This document shows, piece after piece, positions 8,898 through 18,066 of a DNA stretch of 64,000 nt. Source of the stretch: Anaerolineae bacterium. GTDB taxonomy: Bacteria > Chloroflexota > Anaerolineae > Promineifilales > Promineifilaceae. The notes beneath the pieces are model-generated. The model saw only the letters and a program-made list of their open reading frames with translations. It had not been told where the DNA came from and did not search any database. The position numbers and the translations under genes are program-made. Position 1 is the stretch's first letter; each line of letters starts with the position of its first letter. The DNA lies in NCBI GenBank assembly GCA_026129185.1, contig JAHCIO010000019.1:4198-68197 (forward strand), read 5' to 3'.

Positions 8898-9216
8898 ATA
8901 TCCCGTAGGAATGACGCGGCGCAAACAACGAGGCCACGGAGCCACATCGCCGCCGGCACCATAACAACATCACACTATCACCGCACTACTGCGTGACTAT
9001 CAGGGCTGCAACACTGTCGCACCATTGCCACACGCATCGCAACCACTCTGGGGGGCCATTGGCCTTATGCCATCACGTCATCGCCGCATCACCACAGAGC
9101 ATCGCCGCATCACCATCCTGACCTGATAGTCTCCGCGTCATTCACCACCATTGCCAACATCACACACGGGATTCAGAAAGACAAAGACCGAGCCAGCCAC
9201 TCGGTCTTTTCTTTTT
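8898..9216 (+). ncRNA. Candidate novel structured sRNA
   Basis: Lies between the promoter and an intrinsic terminator. Nested perfect helices are 8900-8906/9166-9172, 8909-8919/9133-9143 and 8995-9004/9122-9131. It has no credible ORF. Confidence 0.6.
9183..9216 (+). terminator. Intrinsic terminator, probably bidirectional (also serving aroQ)
   Basis: Stem AAAGACCGAG/CTCGGTCTTT with a 7-nt loop and a T-tract. Confidence 0.8.
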
Positions 9217-9241
9217 GGGGCGATTGTTGCCGCGCGGCGGC

Positions 9242-9679
9242 TCAGCGCTCCAGCAGATAGTCCAGCAGCGCCGCCAGGCCGAGCCGGTAGCTGTGCCGGC
9301 CGAAGCCGCTGATTTGCCCCACGCAGACGGCGGCGATGACCGAGCGGTGGCGGAACTCCTCACGGGCGTGGATGTTGGACAGATGTACCTCGACCGTGGG
9401 CAGCCCGACCGCGGCGAGCGCGTCGCGCAGGGCGTAGCTGTAGTGGGTCAGCGCGCCGGGGTTGATGAGGATGCCGTTGGCCCACAGCCGCGCGTCGTGG
9501 ATGGCGTCGATGAGCACGCCCTCCTGGTTCGATTGCAGGATACGCAGCTCCGTGCCGCGCTTGGTCGCCTCGGCGACGAGCATCTCGTTGATCTCGGCCA
9601 ACGTCCAGCGGCCGTAGACCTCCGGTTCGCGCTGGCCGAGCAGGTTCAAGTTGGGGCCGTGAAGGGTTAGGATGCGCAT
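9242..9679 (-). CDS. aroQ: Type II 3-dehydroquinate dehydratase
   Basis: [40 protein letters not shown] motifs. Confidence 0.97.
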   Translation of the reverse strand: MRILTLHGPNLNLLGQREPEVYGRWTLAEINEMLVAEATKRGTELRILQSNQEGVLIDAIHDARLWANGILINPGALTHYSYALRDALAAVGLPTVEVHLSNIHAREEFRHRSVIAAVCVGQISGFGRHSYRLGLAALLDYLLER

Positions 9680-9680
9680 A

Positions 9681-9890
9681 GGGGTTAGGGGATAGGGGTT
9701 AGGGGATAGGGATTAGGTTCCAGAGGCCAGGTTCCAGGGAAGAGCGCTCACGCAAGAAGCTTACGCCAAGGGGGCCAGGGACGCAAAGGGAAGAAAGCTT
9801 ATTCTTCTTTGCGTTCTTGGCCCCCTTCGCGTCCTTTGCGTGAGCTTCTTCCCTGGCCCCTGGAACCTGGCCCCTATCCCCTAATCCCTC
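9681..9890. repeat. Nested composite palindrome: G-rich TAGGGG(T/A) arms enclosing a CGCAAAG-type palindrome
   Basis: Left arm GGGGTTAGGGGATAGGGG.., right arm CCCCTATCCCCTAATCCC; inner arms CACGCAAG../..CTTTGCGTG. Confidence 0.8.
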
Positions 9891-11491
9891 GCCCCCAGCC
9901 CCGCCAACACGCCCACGACCGCCGCCGCGGGCACGTCATCGCGGAGGAACACGTCGCCGATGTCGTGGAGGAGGACGAAGCGCAGGCGGCCGGCCAGCTT
10001 TTTCTTGTCCGTGCTCATGGCGGCGAAGAGGGCCGCCGGGTCGAGCGACGGCGGGATGTGGGTCGGCAGGCCCAGCCGGGCCAGGGTCATCTCGACGACG
10101 TGGGGCAGCGACGGCGAGCACTCCTCCAGGGCGGCCGACAGCCGCGCCGCCGCGGCCAGGCCGATGGCCACCGCGTCGCCGTGGCGGACGGCGTAGCCCG
10201 ACACTTGCTCGATGGCGTGGCCGAAGGTGTGGCCGAGGTTCAGCACCGCCCGCCGGCCGCGCTCATATGGGTCGGCCTCGACCACGTCGCGCTTGACACG
10301 GATGGCCCGCGCCAGCAGCGATTGCAGGTCAGCCCGTCGCAGCCGGTCGGTGGCCAGCAGGGCCGGGTCGATGTGCCACTCCTCCATCAGCAGCCGTTGC
10401 CACAGCAGCGGGTCGGCGATGAGGCCGTGCTTGGCCGCCTCGGCCAGCCCGGCGGTGAACTCGGCCGCGGGCAGAGTCGCCAGCGTGCCCACGTCGGCCA
10501 GCACGCCGCGCGGCTGGGCGAACGCCCCGACGAGGTTCTTGCCCTGCGGCAGGTCAACGCCCGTCTTGCCGCCGATACTGGCATCGACCATGGCCAGCAG
10601 GCTTGTCGGGCAAAGGGCGAAGTCAATGCCGCGCAGGTAGGTCGCGGCCACGAAGCCGGCCACGTCGCCGACGACGCCGCCGCCCAGGCCGATGATCGTC
10701 CCGTCGCGCCCCAGCCCGGCGGCCAGCAGCCCGTCATAGAGGTCGCGCACGGTGTCGAGCGTCTTGTGCCGTTCGCCCGCGGGCATGGTCAGCACGGGCG
10801 GCGGGCCGAAGCGGGCCGCATGGCCAAGCCGGGCCGCGTGGCGCGGGCCAACCTCGCTATCGGTGATGACCACGGCCGGGCCGCGGGCCAGCCCGGCGGC
10901 CTCCGGCAACAGGTCTTCGCCGATGACGACCGCGTAGCTGCCGCCGGGGTGGCGGACGGTCAGCGTGTCGCGCAGCCCGGCGGCCAGGGCCGCGGCGATG
11001 TCGTCGGCCACGGCCGCGGGCGAACGGCCGTCGGTGTCCACCGGCCGGAAGCGGGCATAGCCAACGGCCCGCTGGCGCTGTAGCGCGGCCACGCGCGCCG
11101 CGGCATCGTCGCCCGCCAGCAGCGGCCGGGCCGCGCCGCCGACGGCCACGCGCGCCAGGATTTCTCCGACCGAGGCGGACAGGCAGAAGACCGGCCCCGT
11201 GGCCCCCAGCGCCGCGGCGTTGGCCGCGTCGAGCATCAGCCGGCCGCCCGTGGCGATGACCAGCCCGCGCCGGCCGGCCAGTTCGGCCGCCGCGTCGGCT
11301 TCCCAGGCGCGGAAGCGCTCTTCGCCTTCGTCGCGGAAGATGTCGGCCACGGGCTTGCCGGCGCGGGCGACGATGAGGTCGTCGCTATCGACGAAGTCGC
11401 GGCCCAGGCGCGCGGCCAGCAGCCGGCCGACGGTCGTCTTGCCCGTGCCCATGAAGCCGGTCAGGATGATGTTGTCGCGCGGGTCAGTCAT
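9881..11491 (-). CDS. aroKB: Bifunctional shikimate kinase / 3-dehydroquinate synthase
   Basis: N-terminal GFMGTGKTT..DSD..ATGG (AroK). C-terminal GGGVVGDVAGF, PTSLLAMVDASIGGK, LNLGHTFGHA, HGDAVAIG (AroB). Confidence 0.95.
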   Translation of the reverse strand: MTDPRDNIILTGFMGTGKTTVGRLLAARLGRDFVDSDDLIVARAGKPVADIFRDEGEERFRAWEADAAAELAGRRGLVIATGGRLMLDAANAAALGATGPVFCLSASVGEILARVAVGGAARPLLAGDDAAARVAALQRQRAVGYARFRPVDTDGRSPAAVADDIAAALAAGLRDTLTVRHPGGSYAVVIGEDLLPEAAGLARGPAVVITDSEVGPRHAARLGHAARFGPPPVLTMPAGERHKTLDTVRDLYDGLLAAGLGRDGTIIGLGGGVVGDVAGFVAATYLRGIDFALCPTSLLAMVDASIGGKTGVDLPQGKNLVGAFAQPRGVLADVGTLATLPAAEFTAGLAEAAKHGLIADPLLWQRLLMEEWHIDPALLATDRLRRADLQSLLARAIRVKRDVVEADPYERGRRAVLNLGHTFGHAIEQVSGYAVRHGDAVAIGLAAAARLSAALEECSPSLPHVVEMTLARLGLPTHIPPSLDPAALFAAMSTDKKKLAGRLRFVLLHDIGDVFLRDDVPAAAVVGVLAGLGARD

Positions 11492-11600
11492 TGGCCCCCA
11501 TTATCCACCAAATTGCCACGTTTGTGGAACCATTGGCCGCACCCCGGCGTCCTAGGAGCAGACCGGCAACGGTTGAAAACACTTGCAAGGAGAGTAACAG

Positions 11601-12356
11601 ATGTCTAAGCACAAGAATCTGATCGCCGTTCTGCTCATCGTCGTCTTGAGTCTGGCTTTGGCGGCCTGCAACGCGGCCACGCCCAGCGCCGCCGGCCCCG
11701 CCGCGCAGTCGGGTTCGACCGTCAGCGCCGGGGGCATCACTGTCGTCGGCCAGGGCACGGCCTATGGCCAGCCCGACCAGGCCACCGTCGTCGTCGGCGT
11801 CGATACCTTCGCTGAGACGGTCGGCGAGGCCACGGCGCAGAACCAGACGACCCTCGACAACGTGATGGCCGCGCTGGCCGCGGCCGGCATCGCCAACGAG
11901 GACATCCAGACGACCAACTACAGCCTCTACGCCGAGCAGGTCTACGGCGACAACGGCCCGGAAGGGATCGCCGGCTACCGCGTCAGCAACCAGGTCAACG
12001 TCAAGATCCGCGACATCAGCCTCGTCGGCGATGTCCTCGGCGCGGTGACCGAGGCGGGGGCCAACGCCATCTATGGCGTCAACTTCTCCGTGGCCGACCC
12101 GGCGGCGCTGGAGGCCGAGGCCCGCGCCCTGGCCATGCAAGACGCCGCCGAGCGGGCCGCGTCCCTGGCCGAACTGGGCAACGTGACCCTGGGCAATGTG
12201 ACCGTCATCAGTGAGGTCGTGGGCCAACCGGTCACGCCGCTGGGCATGGGCGGCGGCAACTACGCGATGGAGCAAGCCGCCTCGGCCCCCGGCATCTCCC
12301 CCGGCCAGCTGAGCTACCAGGTGCAGGTGCAGGTGACGTATGGGATTGGGGGGTAG
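11601..12356 (+). CDS. SIMPL (DUF541) domain lipoprotein
   Basis: Lipobox LAAC; ITVVGQGTAYGQPDQA, DIQTTNYSL, GANAIYGVNF, ISPGQ motifs. Confidence 0.9.
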   Translation: MSKHKNLIAVLLIVVLSLALAACNAATPSAAGPAAQSGSTVSAGGITVVGQGTAYGQPDQATVVVGVDTFAETVGEATAQNQTTLDNVMAALAAAGIANEDIQTTNYSLYAEQVYGDNGPEGIAGYRVSNQVNVKIRDISLVGDVLGAVTEAGANAIYGVNFSVADPAALEAEARALAMQDAAERAASLAELGNVTLGNVTVISEVVGQPVTPLGMGGGNYAMEQAASAPGISPGQLSYQVQVQVTYGIGG

Positions 12357-12395
12357 GGATTAGGGATTAGGGGATAGGGATTAGGTTCCAGGGGA
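12348..12395. repeat. G-rich TAGGG(A) heptamer tract
   Basis: GGGGGTAGGGATTAGGGATTAGGGGATAGGGATTAGGTTCCAGGGG. Confidence 0.75.
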
Positions 12396-12404
12396 AGAGA
12401 GCGT

Positions 12405-12610
12405 CGCAGTGCCTGGCACTTTCCGGAGTGCCTGGCACTTTCTTGATCTGGCTGCGCCTCCGAGAAGGTGCGACGCACTCAAGAAAGTGCGACGCACCGG
12501 CGCGCCGCGCAGTGCCTGGCACTTTCCGGAGTGCCTGGCACTTTCTTGATCTGACTGCGCCTCCGAGAAGGTGCGACGCACTCAAGAAAGTGCGACGCAC
12601 CGGCGCGCCG
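12405..12610. repeat. Two tandem 103-bp REP/BIME-like units
   Basis: Near-identical units at 12405-12507 and 12508-12610, each with two GTGCCTGGCAC and two GTGCGACGCAC palindromes. Confidence 0.85.
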
Positions 12611-12616
12611 CGCAGG

Positions 12617-15600
12617 TTAGGCCCGCCCTTCGACGATGGCGATCTCCTCGTCGGTCAGGCCGTAGAGCTTGTAGACGATCTGGTCGATGAGCCGGTCGGT
12701 GTGGGCGATGCGCTCGACCAGTTCGCGGTAGCGGGGGGCGTAGCGGCCGTAGACCTTCACCAGCCCGCTCAACCCATCCACCGGCCCGGCCAGGGCGCGA
12801 ACGAAGGCCTTGAAGGCGGCCTCGTCCCAGGCCAGGCTTTCGTCCAGCGCGCGCGTGCTGTGGCTGTCGGCGCGGACGTAGGCGGCCAGGGCCGGGTCGG
12901 CGGCCAGGCCGGCCTCCTGTTTGCCCTTGTCGCGCAGCTTGCGGAAGGCCGCCGGGGCGGTCACGCCTTCGAGGTCGATCCAGAAGTCGGCGGTTAGGGA
13001 TTGCCTCATCTGAACAAAGTCTAGGCGTCGAGTGGCCAAGTGATCCAAAGCTACGCATACATGCTTTGAGTTCACTGGCATTTCTGTACATGCTTCGAAG
13101 GTCTCGACGTATAGGCCTGAATCATCCGATAGTTGTACAGACTCCCAGTTAACCGGAATAGGGAATGCGGCTAATCGTTCCGGCTGAACTTCGTAGTATC
13201 CATTGGCTTTCGGTGCGAACACTTTCCGGCAATAGTAATACGCTAGCCGAGAGTTGAGTAGGGCCACAACAAACCGCCCCTTTGCAACATCAGCTACAGG
13301 GATGACGTATGAAGTATTGGATGCGTACAGGGTGTCCTGTCTCAGAGAGAAAGAGGGCTGAAACGAAACCTTGGTGGAATGAATGCGAGGCGCTTCAAAA
13401 ACCGGGTAATAATCGACTGAGTCCTGAATTTCAAACCATTTATACTGTCCGGCCTTCCGTCCGAGCCAAGGTTGGGAATTGTCCCAATCATTCGGCTTCG
13501 GTTCTAGGCGTTCGCGATACAGTTCAAGGTACTCTGCAATGGCAGGATACTGAGCTAAATCGGTTCCTCGGCGGGTGAATATAAGAAACAGTTGTGGATC
13601 ATCTTGGTACCACGGGTGCAGATCCTCTCCTCGAACGTACGGTTTAATCAGCAAAGCTGAGCCGGGGTCTTGCTCAATCAATCGCTGCTTGACGTGGCTG
13701 TCAATGACAAATGCGTTATTAAGGCCGGTAGTAACGCCGCGGTATACTGAAGTTGCCATTACTACAGAGAGGGGCAGGTAGGCATTGGAACCAGCTAGAA
13801 ACTCTTGTAGCTTCCCTCCAACAAAGACCCATTGCTCAGTGCCCTTTGGCACAGCGACAGACCAACTTGGACTTTGTGAGATTTCTACAAGTTCAGTCTG
13901 TTCAGCGTTTACAAACAGCAGGCTGTCCTCTGCGGTTGGCGCTCTTTTCTCTATAACGAGAATAATGGGGTAAGTCGTAGCATCTTCAAAAACCTGACGC
14001 TTGCCAAAATCCACAATCACTGCAAGGCTGCTTGTCTTGGTCAAATAATCCCGCACAGGCGCACCATAACTCAGACGACAGAATTGGCTAGAACAAATTA
14101 AGCCTAGCCTGCCTGCCTGCCTGAGCGTAGTGACTCCAAGAGCTAAGAAGTACACGTAGATATCTGCTGCGCCATGATATATTTCGCTAAACCTTGATTC
14201 GTAGAACCCTTTGTTGAGTCCACCCAGAACTTCCTGCCTCACATACGGCGGATTCCCAATCACCGCGTCAAACCCGGCTCTCTCCCCTTTCGGCCGCCCG
14301 TAGCGGTCGAAGAAGACCTCCGGGAATTCCAGTTCCCAGTGGAAGTAGTCGTTGTCGGTCGCGGCGGGGTGGTTCAGGTAGCGGGCGGCCTGCTCGGCGC
14401 TCATCGTCGCTTCGGGCTGGCCCTGTAGCCGCAGGGCCAGGTCGCGGTACTCGGCCGCGCTCATCTCGTTGCCGAACCAGGCGCTCACCCACAGATCGGC
14501 CAGCCGCCGCCAGCGGCCAAGGTGGGCCTCGCGGATGGTCTGGTAGACCTGCTCCTTGGCATGGACGGCCTCCAGGTCTTCGGTCAGCATCGTCTCGATG
14601 GTCGCTGCCTCGCTGACGGCCTGCCCGGCGTTGGCCGTGAAGGCCGATTCGTTGAAAAGGGGCGCGGCCTCCGGCGGCTGACCGCCGGCGGCTGGCGACC
14701 GGCCGCGAATCGCCCCCGGCGGCCGGTCCAAATCCTTCAGCCACGCGCCGATGAGGCTGTCGCCGTGGCGCAAATGGTGGTCAAGGAAGCTCAGCGGCTT
14801 CGCCTCGGCCACGGTCACCAGCCACAGGCTCAGCTTGGCCAACTCCACGGCCAGTTCGTTTTTGTCCACGCCATAGATGCAAGCCTCCACGACGCGGCGC
14901 CGCCAGTAGGTCAGGTCGCTCTCTTCGGAAGGATAGGGATTAGGGGATAGGGAATAGGGGTTAGGGGTGGCGGCGGTGGTCGTTCCGTCGGCCGTCGGCG
15001 GTCGGCCGTCGGCGGTCGTCTTGCCCCCGGCCGTCGTCCACTCGGCCGTCGCCAGGGCGCGGGCGAGATAGTCGGTCGCGTCCACCAGGAAGTGGCCCGA
15101 CCCCATCGCCGGGTCGAGGATGTTCAGGGCCAGAATCTCGGCCTCGAACCGCCGCGCGGCAACGGCCCGGTGCGGCTCTGGCCCGTGGGTCTTGGCCCCC
15201 GGCGCGTCCCCGGCGTGGGCTTCTTCCGCCCGCCGGCGCGCCTCGGCCACCAGCGGCCCCAGCGTCTGCTCGACGATGTACTTGACGATGGCGTCGGGCG
15301 TGTAGTAGCTGCCGGTGGCCTTGCGCTCGCCCTTGTCCGTGGCCAGATACAGCTCGCCCGGCGCTTTCGTCTCGATGGTCTTGGCCTTGCCGCGCTCGCG
15401 GGCCGGCAGCCACGTCTCCTTGCCGCCGCGCCGCACGGTGACCAGCGCTTCGGCGGCGACGCTGACCTTATATTCCAACAGCCCCTCGTAGATGGAGCCG
15501 AGCTGGCGCACGCCCAGCGTGCGATAGTCAACCGGCTCATAGCCGGCGAAATTGCCTTTGTCGTCGGTCTTGCGCCGCCGGGCCAAATAGTCGAGCGCCC

Positions 15601-16804
15601 GGACGAGGTGGCGGTCGCCGACGAACTTCTGCTCCAGGAAGGCGTGGCGCTGCGGGTCGAACAAGCCGCCGTTATAGCGGGGCACGCCCAGGAAGGCGTT
15701 CAGGTCGCTGTCGTCGCCGTTGATGACGGCGAACAACTCGGCCAGGTGGCCCCAATGCCGCCGGGTCATCGTCGGCTGGCTATCGACGGTGTGGTTGTCC
15801 ACTTGCCGCGCCGCGACCTTGGCCAGTTCGGTCAGGCTGCGCTCGACGTAGGCCGGGTTGCGCATGGGCAGCAGGCCGCGGCTCTCGCCAAAGAAGAGGA
15901 ACAGCAGCCGGTAGAGTAGCAGCAGGCTGTGGCGATAGACGGCGTCGCGGTCGGCCGGGTCGTTGGCGTCCAGCCCGTTGGCCGCCGGGGCAAAGAAGCC
16001 GATGATGAGCTGTTCCAGGGCCTTGTAGGCGTTGTCGCGCAGGTCGCTTTCCAGGGCGACGGCGTAGGTGCGGCTGCCGCGCAGCACGTCGTCGAGGCGG
16101 CGCGCGCCGGTCGGGCCGGGGCGGAAAGCGTCCTGGCCGAAGAGGACAGCGAAGTAGTTGACCACGGCCAGGGCTTGCCGCTCGTCGGCCGCGGTCAGGG
16201 CGTCGAGCAGATCGACCTCGAAGAAGACGTCGAGCTTGTAGCTGGTATCGCGCTGCACGAGCCGCCAGACGCGGCCGTTGGCGACGATGCCCCAATGGAC
16301 GCCGGTCGACTTCAGGTAGTAGTCGATCTGGAACATGGGGTTGTTGTTGTCGAAGGTGGGCGCGCCGGCCGTCTTCTTGCTCAGGTTGACCGGCCAGGCC
16401 TTAACCTCGCCGATGGCCAGGGCGTGGCGGGCGTATTCGTCGGTGCGCTGGTCGGCCACGGCGGCGCGGCGGGCGTCGTCGTCGGCAAAGAAGACGTAGT
16501 CGGGCTTCTTGATGCCCCGGTCGAGGCCGGGCACGGCGGCCTGCGGCTCCCAGACGTGGCCGAGTTGGCCAAGGATGGGCTTGATCCAGCGCTCCTCAAG
16601 CTGGGCCTCGCTGTAGGCCGGCAACTGGGCCTGTTCCTGGGCATAGAGCGCCCGCAGAAAGGCCAACAGGCCGGCCGCGCGCGCCTGGGTCTTCTCCCAG
16701 ACCGGCTCGCGGCGCAGAATCTCCTCCAGATAGTGATCGGAGAAGAGGCCGTGGTTGCGGTGGCCCTTGCCCAGTCCGAGCGTCAATTGCCGCGCGTCGC
16801 TCAT
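12617..16804 (-). CDS. Single-chain Type IIG-like (Eco57I/TaqI-like) restriction-modification enzyme
   Basis: N-terminal KKPDYVFF..IGEVK nuclease motif; ATGSYYTP, ILDPAMGSGHFL and FDAVIGNPPY N6-adenine MTase motifs; C-terminal TRD. Confidence 0.9.
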   Translation of the reverse strand: MSDARQLTLGLGKGHRNHGLFSDHYLEEILRREPVWEKTQARAAGLLAFLRALYAQEQAQLPAYSEAQLEERWIKPILGQLGHVWEPQAAVPGLDRGIKKPDYVFFADDDARRAAVADQRTDEYARHALAIGEVKAWPVNLSKKTAGAPTFDNNNPMFQIDYYLKSTGVHWGIVANGRVWRLVQRDTSYKLDVFFEVDLLDALTAADERQALAVVNYFAVLFGQDAFRPGPTGARRLDDVLRGSRTYAVALESDLRDNAYKALEQLIIGFFAPAANGLDANDPADRDAVYRHSLLLLYRLLFLFFGESRGLLPMRNPAYVERSLTELAKVAARQVDNHTVDSQPTMTRRHWGHLAELFAVINGDDSDLNAFLGVPRYNGGLFDPQRHAFLEQKFVGDRHLVRALDYLARRRKTDDKGNFAGYEPVDYRTLGVRQLGSIYEGLLEYKVSVAAEALVTVRRGGKETWLPARERGKAKTIETKAPGELYLATDKGERKATGSYYTPDAIVKYIVEQTLGPLVAEARRRAEEAHAGDAPGAKTHGPEPHRAVAARRFEAEILALNILDPAMGSGHFLVDATDYLARALATAEWTTAGGKTTADGRPPTADGTTTAATPNPYSLSPNPYPSEESDLTYWRRRVVEACIYGVDKNELAVELAKLSLWLVTVAEAKPLSFLDHHLRHGDSLIGAWLKDLDRPPGAIRGRSPAAGGQPPEAAPLFNESAFTANAGQAVSEAATIETMLTEDLEAVHAKEQVYQTIREAHLGRWRRLADLWVSAWFGNEMSAAEYRDLALRLQGQPEATMSAEQAARYLNHPAATDNDYFHWELEFPEVFFDRYGRPKGERAGFDAVIGNPPYVRQEVLGGLNKGFYESRFSEIYHGAADIYVYFLALGVTTLRQAGRLGLICSSQFCRLSYGAPVRDYLTKTSSLAVIVDFGKRQVFEDATTYPIILVIEKRAPTAEDSLLFVNAEQTELVEISQSPSWSVAVPKGTEQWVFVGGKLQEFLAGSNAYLPLSVVMATSVYRGVTTGLNNAFVIDSHVKQRLIEQDPGSALLIKPYVRGEDLHPWYQDDPQLFLIFTRRGTDLAQYPAIAEYLELYRERLEPKPNDWDNSQPWLGRKAGQYKWFEIQDSVDYYPVFEAPRIHSTKVSFQPSFSLRQDTLYASNTSYVIPVADVAKGRFVVALLNSRLAYYYCRKVFAPKANGYYEVQPERLAAFPIPVNWESVQLSDDSGLYVETFEACTEMPVNSKHVCVALDHLATRRLDFVQMRQSLTADFWIDLEGVTAPAAFRKLRDKGKQEAGLAADPALAAYVRADSHSTRALDESLAWDEAAFKAFVRALAGPVDGLSGLVKVYGRYAPRYRELVERIAHTDRLIDQIVYKLYGLTDEEIAIVEGRA

Positions 16805-16817
16805 GTGTCCGTCCGTG

Positions 16818-16888
16818 GTCAGGGGTTAGGGATTAGGTTCCAGGAAGAGCGCTCTTCCCTAGTCCCTAATCCCTAATCCCTACTCCCC
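16818..16888. repeat. Palindromic repeat with TAGGG/CCCTA arms and GGAAGAGCGCTCTTCC core
   Basis: Seen directly; it overlaps the holA stop codon. Confidence 0.75.
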
Positions 16889-17832
16889 ACTCCTGCAATC
16901 AACAAATGCAGCGCCGTCACCAGATCGGTCTGCCCCGTTTTGGCCTGCATGTCGATGTCCAGCAGGCGGTGGTAGATTTGCTCCAGCTGGGCCATGCTGA
17001 AGCCGGCGGCCTGGCGGGCCAGCTTCTCAGCCACGAACGGCCGCAGCTTCAGTTGTTGGGCGATGCCCGCGGCCCGCTCGCCCGATTCCAGCAGCGACTT
17101 GGTTTGCAGCAGCAGCCGGAACTGGCGGATGAACATGGAGAACAGGTAGAACGGCTCCGCGCCGGCGTTGAGCTTCTCCTGGAACAGCACCGCCACGCGG
17201 GCCGACTGCCGGCCGCCCAGCGCATCGACAAGGTCCCAGATCTCCGCCTCGCTGCTATAGGGCGACAGCAAGGCCACATCCTCGGCCGTGATCGTCCCCT
17301 CCGGCCCGACGTAGAGCAGCAGCTTCTCGACCTCGTTGCCCAGCGCGGCCAGGTCGCTGCCGACGTTGGCGGCCAGGGCCTGCACTGCCGCCGGGGCGAT
17401 GCGCCCGCCGCGTTCGGCCACGTGGCCGCGCAGCCAGCGCTCCAGGTCGTTGCCCTCCGGCTGGTCGAAGCGCTTGACGCGGCCGGTCTTGTCCTTGTCG
17501 ATCAGTTGCAGCAGGCGGTGGTTGGGCGGCAGCGCGTCGGCCTCCAGGAAGAATAGCCGCGTCGTGGCCGGCAGGGTCGGCAGATAGGCCGCCAGCCGGT
17601 CGAGGAAGGCCTTGTCCACCCCGGCGGCGAACAGCCCCTCGACGATGACCACGCGCACGCGGGCCAGGAAGGGCACGGCGTCGCAGGCCCCTTGCAGCTC
17701 GTTGAACGTCACCTTGCCCGACAGCCGCGTCGTGTTGAGCGAGACCATGTCGGCGTCGCCCTCCTTGGCCAGCAGCCCGGCCAGGAACTCGTGCTGCGAG
17801 AAGGTGTCTTTGCCGTGGAAGAGGTAGTACAT
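16873..17832 (-). CDS. holA: DNA polymerase III delta subunit
   Basis: MYYLFHGKD, ACDAVPFLARVRVVIV, LGNEVEKLLLY, IWDLVDAL, LLDIDMQAKTG. Confidence 0.93.
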   Translation of the reverse strand: MYYLFHGKDTFSQHEFLAGLLAKEGDADMVSLNTTRLSGKVTFNELQGACDAVPFLARVRVVIVEGLFAAGVDKAFLDRLAAYLPTLPATTRLFFLEADALPPNHRLLQLIDKDKTGRVKRFDQPEGNDLERWLRGHVAERGGRIAPAAVQALAANVGSDLAALGNEVEKLLLYVGPEGTITAEDVALLSPYSSEAEIWDLVDALGGRQSARVAVLFQEKLNAGAEPFYLFSMFIRQFRLLLQTKSLLESGERAAGIAQQLKLRPFVAEKLARQAAGFSMAQLEQIYHRLLDIDMQAKTGQTDLVTALHLLIAGVGSRD

Positions 17833-17833
17833 G

Positions 17834-18066
<233 letters not shown>

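Noticed and set aside
8911-9129. Micro-ORFs (17 aa from 8911; 19 aa from 9067) as the purpose of the 8.9-kb transcript
   Set aside because: Neither has a properly spaced SD, the first start lies inside a long-range helix, and the repeats do not keep a codon phase. Not fully excluded.
9881-11491. AroK-AroB fusion as a novelty
   Set aside because: This fusion is known in several bacterial lineages.
12405-12610. Possible CRISPR array (also considered for 17834-18066, 47942-47995, 54953-55064)
   Set aside because: There are no unique spacers between repeats, unit lengths do not fit, and no cas genes are in the window.
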